Positions 38,751 to 47,211 of a stretch of 64,000 nucleotides of DNA are shown one piece after another. The notes below the pieces were generated by a model. It did no database searches. It was not told where the DNA came from and saw only the letters and a program-made list of their open reading frames with translations. The position numbers and the translations under genes were made by a program. Every line of letters begins with the position of its first letter. Positions within the stretch are counted from its first letter, which is position 1. The DNA is taken from contig JAZRLB010000008.1 of NCBI GenBank assembly GCA_045646625.1, positions 3,234-67,233 of the forward strand, written 5' to 3'. The DNA is from Candidatus Enterousia sp. (GTDB lineage: Bacteria; Pseudomonadota; Alphaproteobacteria; Rs-D84).

Positions 38751-39943
38751 TATTTTTTGTCTTCTTTCTTTTCGCCGCCACTTATAATTGTTTTACCAAT
38801 TTTTTTGGTTGTCTCTACTACAGTCTTGGTAAGGTTCATCATATCATTTGCCAATTGTTCACTTAATTGTTTTTCTTCGCTGACGCCGAACACAGACATA
38901 ACCATTTTCGAGACCTGTGGAATTTGTCCCTGGATATAGTTCAAAACATAAACCAATACGATACAGCTGATAAATGTCATTGCCTCTGTATTTGTCAGGT
39001 CTAATTCAGCATCAAATATTTGTCCGGTTGTAATTGCGTTCATCAAATCCGCGCTGGACACATCTGGCGCCGCAAAGAACTTTGCGATAATCGCCATAAT
39101 CACAGTATATGTAATAACGGCCGAAGCCAACGTAATAATCGCATTAATCAGGTTCTTAAATTGATTTACACCAACTGTTTTCCCCAGTCCTCCAATCCAA
39201 TTGGGCACATTGTCGGCCCCATTAAACGCAAACAGCATCAAAGAAAATGGAAAGAAAAACGCAAAGTACGCCATCGCAATAATAATGTCTGCGAAATAGC
39301 AGCAGTATCTAAAAAACAACTTAAAGAAATTCCAGGATATAAACAGCCCAATAACAAACAATATAAAGTGTTTAATCAGTGCCCCAATCCCCAGCAATGC
39401 TGACCAAGAAAATGCAGAATCCATAACCGCAATCCCCAGCTTTATATACGATTGGAACTGGGTTATTGTTGTCTTCATCAGCATAATGATTTTGTCGCGC
39501 AATTCTGGTCGATAAAACCCATCTTCGCTCATTTTTTGTGGTTCATAGGTCACTTTTTCAGCAACTGTATCGTGATCTATATTAATCATCGCTTGGGTGT
39601 ATGTCTGGGCAACCTGTGCAACAGGTTCGAATGTGACAGATGTTAGAAGTCGTGGCAATGCCACCCCCATTCCTAACAGTCCAATACAAATAATTGCATT
39701 GATAAATACCCGTTGTATTGATTTTTCATACAAAGGATCGGACACATTCCCACGCACAGTTTTCCACACGGCATTTATCACAAAGAAAGAAAACATAATG
39801 CAAAACAAAACGATGCAGAATGAGGCAAATTTATCGTACACCAGTGCCGCTGCGTCAGACACAATTTGGAACAGACGATCAAACACCCCACAGCCCCAAC
39901 ACTGAACCATAGAATCTACCGAAGATGATAACCATTCATTCAT
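38750..39943 (-). CDS. polytopic membrane protein, paralogue 2 of 5 (TrbL/VirB6-like architecture, tentative)
   Basis: 397 aa. QCWGCGVFDRLFQIV motif, VALPRLLTSVTFEPVAQVA motif, tail ...GGEKKEDKK. Confidence 0.5.
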   Translation of the reverse strand: MNEWLSSSVDSMVQCWGCGVFDRLFQIVSDAAALVYDKFASFCIVLFCIMFSFFVINAVWKTVRGNVSDPLYEKSIQRVFINAIICIGLLGMGVALPRLLTSVTFEPVAQVAQTYTQAMINIDHDTVAEKVTYEPQKMSEDGFYRPELRDKIIMLMKTTITQFQSYIKLGIAVMDSAFSWSALLGIGALIKHFILFVIGLFISWNFFKLFFRYCCYFADIIIAMAYFAFFFPFSLMLFAFNGADNVPNWIGGLGKTVGVNQFKNLINAIITLASAVITYTVIMAIIAKFFAAPDVSSADLMNAITTGQIFDAELDLTNTEAMTFISCIVLVYVLNYIQGQIPQVSKMVMSVFGVSEEKQLSEQLANDMMNLTKTVVETTKKIGKTIISGGEKKEDKK

Positions 39944-39946
39944 TTT

Positions 39947-41221
39947 TTACTTTTTACCCTTGGTCCATCCCGAGAGTTTTATAATTGTTTTGCCGAACTC
40001 TTTTGCCTTGCCGACCATTGTTTTTGTGTCCGAGCCTACTTGCTTATACAGGTTGTCCATACCGCCGCCGATATATTTGTTTAGTTGTTGTTTTGTCATA
40101 TCAAAAATTCTGAACATCAAATAGAATGTTAGAATTGATGACAACCACATAATTGAATGTTCTCCAAAGCCCATAGCAGAATTTGCAACAGTTGGTACAT
40201 TGCTGTATGCACTGCCGCCTGCGGCAACAACAAACACAGACGTGTTCCATCTGAACAGTGCTTTGATAATTGCCAGATTCACGCACAGCATAAACGCGCA
40301 CGCAATCATTGTCACAATTAATTGTTGCAGTGCCTTGGTTATGCCACCAAAAGCCGGCCATACATCCAGCCATTTATCGCTGGATTTAAATACGTATGTT
40401 AATACAAAGAACGGATACAAAATCAGTTGCATTCCAAAATTAAATATTCCTTGAATAATTAACAGTGCCATAAACAAATTGCTGCCCACAAAGGTAAATA
40501 TTATCAGAATTCCCGTTATCAGGTTCAGAAAATCTTCGCCGCCGTGTGGAACCAGTGTGACCAGTCCACGCAGTCCTTGGGTCAAAAAATCAAATCCACG
40601 CTTAATAATCTGATTGTTCGCGTGTGACAGGTCGGCTACAGGCTGTACTAAGAATTCGCATGATTCTTTTGACATCCAGTCCTTGGCGACAATGTCTGCA
40701 GGGCATTCGACTTCTGGTGCGGACATTCCATCTTCATTTATTTGTTCAGTAATTGCGTTTGTGTAAACCGCGCCCAATTGCAAAAACGGATTAACCAGCC
40801 AGTCTGTTATATACACGGGTTTTAGTTGCAACAGCAAAAGGACTGCAATCACTGCACGAAAACCTGGTTTTGCAACGTGTTCGACGATTTTGAAGGTCGA
40901 CATTTTCCCGTCGGCAATTTCACCGCCGCCCGACATTCCAATAAATCCCAGCCATTTTTTGGGAATATACATTTTTGCCAAACTGATTGTTAGGGTAAAA
41001 CCCAGAAACAGCCAAATCAGTACGTGAATGATTCCGGGCTTATCCAGTGTTCCAACAAAAAATTCATATGTCCCTGTTGCGATCATCATCATCGCATCCA
41101 GCACCATTGGCACAAACGGTGCTAGATTCAGTGCGTCAATAATGCTGGCGTTTGCGGGCAGGGGGACACACAAAACCGCCAAAAATACAGCCGATAAAAA
41201 CAGTTTTTTTACGAAATACAT
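39947..41221 (-). CDS. polytopic membrane protein, paralogue 1 of 5 (TrbL/VirB6-like architecture, tentative)
   Basis: 424 aa. Cleavable signal peptide (...PLPANA/SIID), LKPVYITDWLVNPFLQLG motif, central loop ECPADIVAKDWMSKESCEF, tail ...SGWTKGKK. First gene of the four-gene minus-strand unit. Confidence 0.5.
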   Translation of the reverse strand: MYFVKKLFLSAVFLAVLCVPLPANASIIDALNLAPFVPMVLDAMMMIATGTYEFFVGTLDKPGIIHVLIWLFLGFTLTISLAKMYIPKKWLGFIGMSGGGEIADGKMSTFKIVEHVAKPGFRAVIAVLLLLQLKPVYITDWLVNPFLQLGAVYTNAITEQINEDGMSAPEVECPADIVAKDWMSKESCEFLVQPVADLSHANNQIIKRGFDFLTQGLRGLVTLVPHGGEDFLNLITGILIIFTFVGSNLFMALLIIQGIFNFGMQLILYPFFVLTYVFKSSDKWLDVWPAFGGITKALQQLIVTMIACAFMLCVNLAIIKALFRWNTSVFVVAAGGSAYSNVPTVANSAMGFGEHSIMWLSSILTFYLMFRIFDMTKQQLNKYIGGGMDNLYKQVGSDTKTMVGKAKEFGKTIIKLSGWTKGKK

Positions 41222-41271
41222 TCTCTACTTTTATATTTATCTTTTCAATTATATCATATTTAGGTCAAAAT

Positions 41272-42579
41272 ATGATATACTTAAAAGCAATGAATCGTCT
41301 AAAAAAATTTTGGATTACATTTTTAAGCTTTTTGCCGTTGACGGCGGGGGCGGCTGCGCCATTCGTTATTGGTGGTATTGCGGGCGGTGTAGTTATTGCA
41401 GGTTTTTCTATATATCGTTCTGCTTTTCCTGTTGATATGAACAGCGCGTACTCATTTTTTTCTAGTTGTTGGTCGTGCCAGCTGTTTTCAGACATTATGT
41501 CAACAATGTCCAATATATTGCCGAACATATACAATGCGCTGGGGCGCGTAATAATACCGTTTGCGATTATTTTGTCTGCGACATGGTTTGCGTGGCGTTT
41601 GTTTGATAATTTTATAAATCAAAAGGTCGAAGGCCCTTGGTCAATCGCCAACATATTCACGACCCATATGATGAAGTTGGTATTTGTGTCTATGCTGTTG
41701 GTTGCGCCGCTGCCACGTTTGATATCCGAAATCGCCATAGAGCCTGTATTTAACATAGGTTTATCATTAAATCGCGCGGTTGTGCATGACGATAAATTTG
41801 ATTCCTGTGTGGTTGCAACCGCCATTGCAGATCCTGTCTCGGTTGATGCGGCGGCTGCGTCAAGTGGGGCTTTTTCGCCGAAATTACGACATAATCTGGC
41901 CTGTGAATTGGCGGGCGTTCATCAAATGACGGGATTGGGAATGACAGTCGGGTGGACAATGCTTAATATGGCATTCGATTCGGATTATATGCATACGATA
42001 ATGTGGGATGTTCCGATATTCCCAAATGTGATAATCTTTTTTGCGGGCTTAACGATATTGGTCTTATTTTTTATGGCGCTGTTGCCAATTCCGCTGTATT
42101 TCCTGGAAATATTTATAACGTTGGCACTGGATTTGGCGATGTTGCCACTGATGTTGCTGGGCTGGTTGTTCAGCGGCTGGAAGATATCGTTGGCTGGGGC
42201 TGGCAAAACGATTCGTGGAATTATTGATTATGTAATCTCTGGTACGTTGGGGCTGGCTATTACTGGGGTTTTTATAGCATTCGCGACAATGTTTTTGAAT
42301 GCAATATTTGGTGACTGGTCGGGTGCGGCCGCATTATCGACAGCGATGGCCAATAACGATTCGAAATTTTTGATGGATGCTTTGATGATGCGAAACGACA
42401 GTCTGGTCACAATTATTCTGATGGGTATATTTATTGCAATGTTTATGACGATGATTCCGGCCTTGGCCAAGACCTTATTCAGCGTTCAAATATCTACAGA
42501 TTTCTATGATACAACAAAAAACAATCTGGATATCTTGTGGAAAAACGCGAAAAAATGGTACGGCGCACTAAAAAAATAA
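41272..42579 (+). CDS. polytopic membrane protein, paralogue 5 of 5, divergent (TrbL/VirB6-like architecture, tentative)
   Basis: About 435 aa. Signal-like N-terminus, SCWSCQLFSDI motif, APLPRLISEIAIEPVFNIG motif, Cys pair in the central loop, tail ...KKWYGALKK. Start taken at the ATG at 41272 (alternative 41290); the 41152 extension overlaps paralogue 1 and is rejected. Confidence 0.5.
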   Translation: MIYLKAMNRLKKFWITFLSFLPLTAGAAAPFVIGGIAGGVVIAGFSIYRSAFPVDMNSAYSFFSSCWSCQLFSDIMSTMSNILPNIYNALGRVIIPFAIILSATWFAWRLFDNFINQKVEGPWSIANIFTTHMMKLVFVSMLLVAPLPRLISEIAIEPVFNIGLSLNRAVVHDDKFDSCVVATAIADPVSVDAAAASSGAFSPKLRHNLACELAGVHQMTGLGMTVGWTMLNMAFDSDYMHTIMWDVPIFPNVIIFFAGLTILVLFFMALLPIPLYFLEIFITLALDLAMLPLMLLGWLFSGWKISLAGAGKTIRGIIDYVISGTLGLAITGVFIAFATMFLNAIFGDWSGAAALSTAMANNDSKFLMDALMMRNDSLVTIILMGIFIAMFMTMIPALAKTLFSVQISTDFYDTTKNNLDILWKNAKKWYGALKK

Positions 42580-42647
42580 AAAATCAAGTGCTTTATTTAA
42601 CCTAGGGGTCTTTTTTGTGTGCTCCGAATCTGATATAATTCATAGCA

Positions 42648-43157
42648 ATGACAAAGTTTCCGATTCTTTATTGGCCACGCAGAACAACTGGTGATAATGA
42701 ATACCAGTTGGCGCGCAAAGTAATCAATGGCGCAACGGGTATAATGCCTGATGTTATAACCGAAGACATAGACATTGCGGCTGTTTTAGATGAAAATCCA
42801 AACGCGGCGATATACTATCCTGTGTTTTGCGGTTCGACCGGTTGGTGGGGTGAATTGCTGGGCGGCAACGCAGTGGTCAGTGATAAGTTGATAATATCGC
42901 CGGAATGCCAATTGATGGTTATCGAATCGAATAAAACGGCACGTCCACGTGGCCAGACGCAATTGTTGGCGGCTGAAATCTATCCGACCAGTGGTTTTTT
43001 CAAAAAGATGAACTCTGGCATTGCGACTGTGGCCGATATGTTGGCAACGGACGCAGGTACAATTTTGGCACTATTTTCTGGTCGGAACCAGACCCAGTTT
43101 ATAAATGTGCTGGAATCTACGGGCAATTCCTATTTGGGGTGCATTGGTCGATATTAA
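42648..43157 (+). CDS. hypothetical soluble protein (169 aa)
   Basis: ORF directly downstream of paralogue 5. TATAAT at 42632-42637 lies very close to the ATG. No signal peptide, TM or motif recognised. Confidence 0.5.
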   Translation: MTKFPILYWPRRTTGDNEYQLARKVINGATGIMPDVITEDIDIAAVLDENPNAAIYYPVFCGSTGWWGELLGGNAVVSDKLIISPECQLMVIESNKTARPRGQTQLLAAEIYPTSGFFKKMNSGIATVADMLATDAGTILALFSGRNQTQFINVLESTGNSYLGCIGRY

Positions 43158-43171
43158 AATGCTATTATTGC

Positions 43172-43199
43172 TTGATTTCTGTAAAAATACTTGTATAAT
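43172..43199 (+). promoter_or_regulatory. sigma70-like promoter of rpmE
   Basis: TTGATT (43172-43177), 16-nt spacer, TATAAT (43194-43199). Confidence 0.5.
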
Positions 43200-43232
43200 C
43201 TACAGGCTAAAATTCAAACAAAGGTAAATACT

Positions 43233-43445
43233 ATGAAACAAGGAATTCATCCAGAATACTATGCGAACAACGTCACACGCACAGACGGTTCGACAATTGT
43301 AATCTATTCATCTGTTAAAAAAGACTATATCTTGTCAACAGATAACTTGAACCATTCCGCCTGGACTGGCCAGCGTTCAAACGCCGGTGAAAAGGGCCAG
43401 CGCGCAGCAGAATTCAAAACAAAATTTGCTGGGTTCAACTTCTAA
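43233..43445 (+). CDS. rpmE: ribosomal protein L31 (Cys-less form)
   Basis: MKQGIHPEYY N-terminus and ...HSAWTGQ...FKTKFAGF. Lacks the CxxC zinc motif. Confidence 0.9.
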   Translation: MKQGIHPEYYANNVTRTDGSTIVIYSSVKKDYILSTDNLNHSAWTGQRSNAGEKGQRAAEFKTKFAGFNF

Positions 43446-43481
43446 TATAACGAAAAGTACTGCTTTACGGGGGGCGGCGAC

Positions 43482-44186
43482 ATGGAACTGTTGATAAAAG
43501 GTTCGACTGAGTTAAACAAAATGTTTATGGCGCTGCAGCGTACGGGCGCCTCACTGCGTCGTGACTTTGGCGAAGTGGAAAACCTGCAACAGTCACTGCG
43601 TGGCGCGCACGATTTTGTACAAAAGGCCGCCAACCGAATCGAAGAAAGTATTTTAAATGACCTGCTGTTGGTTCGTCCATCGGCGGGTTTATTAACACCG
43701 AATGTTTCGCGTGATGGTGATGGTCGCGACGAATTCGTATTGGCGTTATCAGGTGCATCGAACTTTGTTCGTGGTAATCCGCATTTTGCGATATCTTTGG
43801 CATTGCGATCCAATGACGAAACCAAGATTGCATTGATTTATTCCCCGATTGATGAACGTTTGTATTATGCCGAGGCTGGCGCCGGCGCATATGTATTTTC
43901 AGCGTTCCATTCTGCGCGTATTAAAACATCAAACCAGACCGAAGAGTCTGCCTTAACGGTTGGCTATAACACATCGGATGCGCGTCCATTAATTGGTGAT
44001 GTTCGTCGTACGGGATGTCCTGCGCTGGATTTAGCGTGGGTTGCGTCTGGTAAGTTTGACGCATATGTGTCTGATCCGCTGGATTATGCGGAAATTGCTG
44101 CCGGTGATTTGATTATTCGTGAAGCGGGCGGCTCGATTGAGTTGATGGCCGATTTGATTGCGACGAACGGAAAAATTGAATTCTAA
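43482..44186 (+). CDS. suhB: inositol monophosphatase/SuhB-family protein with substituted catalytic motifs
   Basis: Family fold is recognisable (NFVRGNPHFAISLAL, RRTGCPALDLAWVASGKFDAYV, IAAGDLIIREAGG). However, EESG is replaced by PNVS, DPLDGT by LALSGA and WD by AE. Confidence 0.7.
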   Translation: MELLIKGSTELNKMFMALQRTGASLRRDFGEVENLQQSLRGAHDFVQKAANRIEESILNDLLLVRPSAGLLTPNVSRDGDGRDEFVLALSGASNFVRGNPHFAISLALRSNDETKIALIYSPIDERLYYAEAGAGAYVFSAFHSARIKTSNQTEESALTVGYNTSDARPLIGDVRRTGCPALDLAWVASGKFDAYVSDPLDYAEIAAGDLIIREAGGSIELMADLIATNGKIEF

Positions 44187-44187
44187 T

Positions 44188-44216
44188 AAATCCCCCAATT
44201 GGGGGATTTGTTTTGT
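44188..44216 (+). terminator. intrinsic terminator after the suhB-like gene
   Basis: AAATCCCCC-AATT-GGGGGATTT hairpin followed by a T-rich run. Confidence 0.75.
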
Positions 44217-44220
44217 ATTA

Positions 44221-44247
44221 AAATACCGCCAATTGGCGGTATTTTTT
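44221..44247 (-). terminator. intrinsic terminator after virD4 (minus strand)
   Basis: ATACCGCC-AATT-GGCGGTAT hairpin immediately after the virD4 stop. It is followed by TTTT on the minus strand. Confidence 0.6.
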
Positions 44248-46495
44248 ATGCCAGTTCCTTGATTTTTTTTGTCTGCGGGTCATATATACGCGGTGTGCCC
44301 GTGTACCCCAGCGCCCTATGGTGTGCCGGCACCAAGAATTCTGGCAATGGTGGCGCTTCGCCTAATTGTGTTTTTGCATACATTTTTTTCTGTATTGGGG
44401 TTGTGTTTTTATACCATCTTTCCTGTTCGGCCTTAATTGGTCGATTATAGTGTCCCTGGATAATTACCAACTGTTCTTCTGGGTTCATTTTCATAATGTC
44501 CATAGGCGTGAACAGTAGTTCTTCGGTTGTTTCCTCTTTGTCCTTGCCGTCGGGACCCTTGACAGTTTTCTTTTTCATTTTATATCCCATCAGTTTCGAA
44601 AAACGGTCAGCCGTTTCCAAATCATTTTGACGCATAACGATTTTTGCGGCGGTTGTTGACATAATTGTTGCCGCGGCATCTGGGCCGTATTTTTCAGAAA
44701 TCTGGTGCAAGTCCTGACCGATAATCAGGTATGAAATTTTTTGTCCGCGCCCCAGGTCAGGTCCCTGGATAACTGCTTGCAGCTTTTGCATCTTTGGCAT
44801 TTCGTCAATCGCGAACAGTACAGGATAAGGACCCAATTTCTGTCCGTGATGCATATCGCCAGGTTTGTTCGCCAGCAGGAAGTTTGACATCAATTCAATA
44901 AAGATTGCTGTAATTGGGTTCAGTGCCTGTGCATCAACCATATTGATGGACAGGTATACTGATATAGGCTTAATTTTGCCGTCGCGTGGATCAACCATTC
45001 CGCGCAGGTCCGAGAAATGAAAGTCGGAATGACTGGTGCGATTGCGAACCGCTGCATTACGGAATATGTTTAATCCCGACTGTGCCGTTGACATGATGGA
45101 GCCACGTTCTTTGTCTGGGGTGCTGGCCAATTGCGTCAATTCTTGTATAGCACGGTGTGAATATGCGTATCTGCGTGCTTCTTCTACTGCGTTCATAAAC
45201 ATATCTTTGGCTGGGTCTGCCATCATAACCATTTGGTCGCCCTGTCGGCGTCGGTTTTCTATATCTTCGGCAATTGCGATTTGTGATGCATTCAGCCAAT
45301 CCAGAATCATTGAAAAAGACGCTTCCTTGCCACGCCACGCGTCGGGGATATTTTCCCACGTACCAACGTGAACATAGTTCATTGCATTTAATTCTCCGCG
45401 CTGCAACAGTGCGTGTGCTGCATACGCATTTGGGTCAGATGACATAGATAAGTAATAATCGGACAAAACGACCGCGTCTTCGTCATTGAATGCACCGCTG
45501 GTTATGCGTGAATAGAAATAGTCGTCGGCCTTGGCGCGTTCAACCTTAGAAATAATAAACTGAATGTATCCCGTCAATGCCGCGCGGCCTGTGATTGTCC
45601 AGTGCGGGTCCGCTGATGATGACGAACGGTCTGGAATCAATGTGTTCGCAATTGAATCGATATACAGGTCGCGTTCTTCTGGATTAAATGGCACGTGTCC
45701 CGGTGACAGTGGATTCCAGGATGGATAATAAATCCCACGTGCTGGGTCGTCTTGGCCCGCCCAGTTCAAAATGAATACAGGGCCAACCGTTGCGCGGTAT
45801 CCAGACGTTGATTGTTTTAATTCTGGTTTGGGGTCGTTGATAATCATTGATACCCCATCGCACTCTAAAATAGTAGGTTCCACGACGCCCTTTGTTTTAC
45901 CGGTCCCTGGGGGCGCAACGCACAGTGCGGACAAACACTCATCAAACATTAACGGTTTGCCCTTAAAGAACCCCAGTACCATCATAAATCCTTTGAACAG
46001 CCCTTCCTTGTTTTTATAGTCTTGGGACATTTTTTTTATATCGTCGGCGGTTGCAACGCGTGATGTTTTTTCGTCGAATTTGTCCTTGCTGTGTGGGTTA
46101 AACTCGTCAGTCATTGTTGCATCGGTCAGGAAATAGTATCCGATAAATGGCAACAACGGCGTAATGCACGGTATGTCTGGGCGCATTATACTGCGTCCAA
46201 TCCACGCGGGTATCTCGGCCAGTACGGACAGGCCGCCTGAAGTAAACAGGTTTCCTAAATAAATCGAAATCCAATGTCTGGTTGCAGGTGACCAGCCGTA
46301 TCGCCAAATATGCTCAATCGGGAACGAAGCTACAACCATTGTCGCCGCGACCAACCATATTATAATTGTCCAACGTATTGTCCAAAATTCACGTGCTATG
46401 CCGTTTTGGTCAAACTCTTTATAGGCGGACGAACGAAATATGTTCAGCCCTTTGCCTTTGCCCGATGCGGATAAAATGTTGAATTTCACTGCCAT
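44246..46495 (-). CDS. virD4: type IV secretion coupling protein (VirD4/TraG family ATPase)
   Basis: 749 aa. N-terminal TM segments, Walker A VAPPGTGKTKG, Walker B VLFAIDEMP, and the IIGQDLHQISEKYG motif typical of T4CPs. Confidence 0.87.
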   Translation of the reverse strand: MAVKFNILSASGKGKGLNIFRSSAYKEFDQNGIAREFWTIRWTIIIWLVAATMVVASFPIEHIWRYGWSPATRHWISIYLGNLFTSGGLSVLAEIPAWIGRSIMRPDIPCITPLLPFIGYYFLTDATMTDEFNPHSKDKFDEKTSRVATADDIKKMSQDYKNKEGLFKGFMMVLGFFKGKPLMFDECLSALCVAPPGTGKTKGVVEPTILECDGVSMIINDPKPELKQSTSGYRATVGPVFILNWAGQDDPARGIYYPSWNPLSPGHVPFNPEERDLYIDSIANTLIPDRSSSSADPHWTITGRAALTGYIQFIISKVERAKADDYFYSRITSGAFNDEDAVVLSDYYLSMSSDPNAYAAHALLQRGELNAMNYVHVGTWENIPDAWRGKEASFSMILDWLNASQIAIAEDIENRRRQGDQMVMMADPAKDMFMNAVEEARRYAYSHRAIQELTQLASTPDKERGSIMSTAQSGLNIFRNAAVRNRTSHSDFHFSDLRGMVDPRDGKIKPISVYLSINMVDAQALNPITAIFIELMSNFLLANKPGDMHHGQKLGPYPVLFAIDEMPKMQKLQAVIQGPDLGRGQKISYLIIGQDLHQISEKYGPDAAATIMSTTAAKIVMRQNDLETADRFSKLMGYKMKKKTVKGPDGKDKEETTEELLFTPMDIMKMNPEEQLVIIQGHYNRPIKAEQERWYKNTTPIQKKMYAKTQLGEAPPLPEFLVPAHHRALGYTGTPRIYDPQTKKIKELA

Positions 46496-46550
46496 AGTGT
46501 TAATATTATATCAGAAAAATGAATGTGAAAAAATATGGAAATAAAAAAAT

Positions 46551-47207
46551 ATGAAAAATATTCCACGTATATTTATTGATGCAGATATTAAGACGGGCGC
46601 ATCGATTCCCGCGTCGCGTGATGTTGTGCATTATTTGGGGCGTGTAATGCGGACGCACGATTGTTTGGTCTTTGGGAATGGTGGTGAATATGCGGCACGT
46701 CTGTCTGATGATAACGGATTTTTAATTGTTGGTGAAAAAACCGAACATACAGATCCGTCAAATAACATTACTGTGTTGTTTGCGCCGATTAAGCGGACGG
46801 ATGATTTGATGAATATGGCGACCCAAATGGGGGTTGCAAAATTTCAGCCTGTAATAACAGATCGCACAACCGCGCATCATATTAATTGGGAACGTATGAA
46901 AAAAATAGTGGTCGAGGCGGCTGAACAGTCAAACCGTAACACAGTGCCAGATATCTTAAGTCCGATAAAATTTTCGTCGCTTGATTTATCGCGCGTTGCA
47001 TTTGCGGACGAGCGTGCTGCATACGGAAAAAAGTCGGATTGCAATGCGGAAAATATTACTGCAATATTAATTGGGCCCGAGGGTGGATTTTCAGACGCTG
47101 AATTTGCTGCCTTGGATGCTGCTGGTGCGTGTGGCATATCGTTGGGTAAAACAATATTACGTGCAGAATTAGCGGCTGCGATTGCAATCGCAAAAATCCA
47201 GGGGTGA
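46551..47207 (+). CDS. rsmE: 16S rRNA (uracil1498-N3)-methyltransferase RsmE
   Basis: PRIFIDADI N-terminus (PUA-like) and C-terminal LIGPEGGFSDAE SPOUT motif. Confidence 0.85.
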   Translation: MKNIPRIFIDADIKTGASIPASRDVVHYLGRVMRTHDCLVFGNGGEYAARLSDDNGFLIVGEKTEHTDPSNNITVLFAPIKRTDDLMNMATQMGVAKFQPVITDRTTAHHINWERMKKIVVEAAEQSNRNTVPDILSPIKFSSLDLSRVAFADERAAYGKKSDCNAENITAILIGPEGGFSDAEFAALDAAGACGISLGKTILRAELAAAIAIAKIQG

Positions 47208-47211
47208 AAAA

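Noticed and set aside
41152-41271. An N-terminal extension of the fifth VirB6-like ORF, which would give a 475-aa form starting at 41152.
   Set aside because: The extension overlaps the 5' end of the divergent paralogue (which starts at 41221), and its translation looks non-native. The ATG at 41272, preceded by AGG, gives a signal-peptide-like N-terminus.
44188-44247. Recurrent hairpins of two flavours throughout the window: (A)ACCGCC-loop-GGCGGTT and ATCCCCC-loop-GGGGGAT. I considered them as a possible REP/MITE-like repeat family.
   Set aside because: Each copy sits exactly at a gene end or between convergent genes and is flanked by A- and T-runs. Only the short GC stem is shared, not extended flanking sequence. 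This is the expected look of Rho-independent, often bidirectional, terminators in an AT-rich genome, not of a mobile repeat.
35962-46495. The whole region from the VirB6-like genes to virD4 as a conjugative element (ICE or plasmid insertion).
   Set aside because: No relaxase, integrase, partitioning or replication genes are present, and no flanking repeats were seen. Ribosomal protein L31 and a suhB-like gene are interleaved, and the flanks are core genes (pyk, rsmE). A domesticated, dispersed chromosomal T4SS is the more parsimonious reading.
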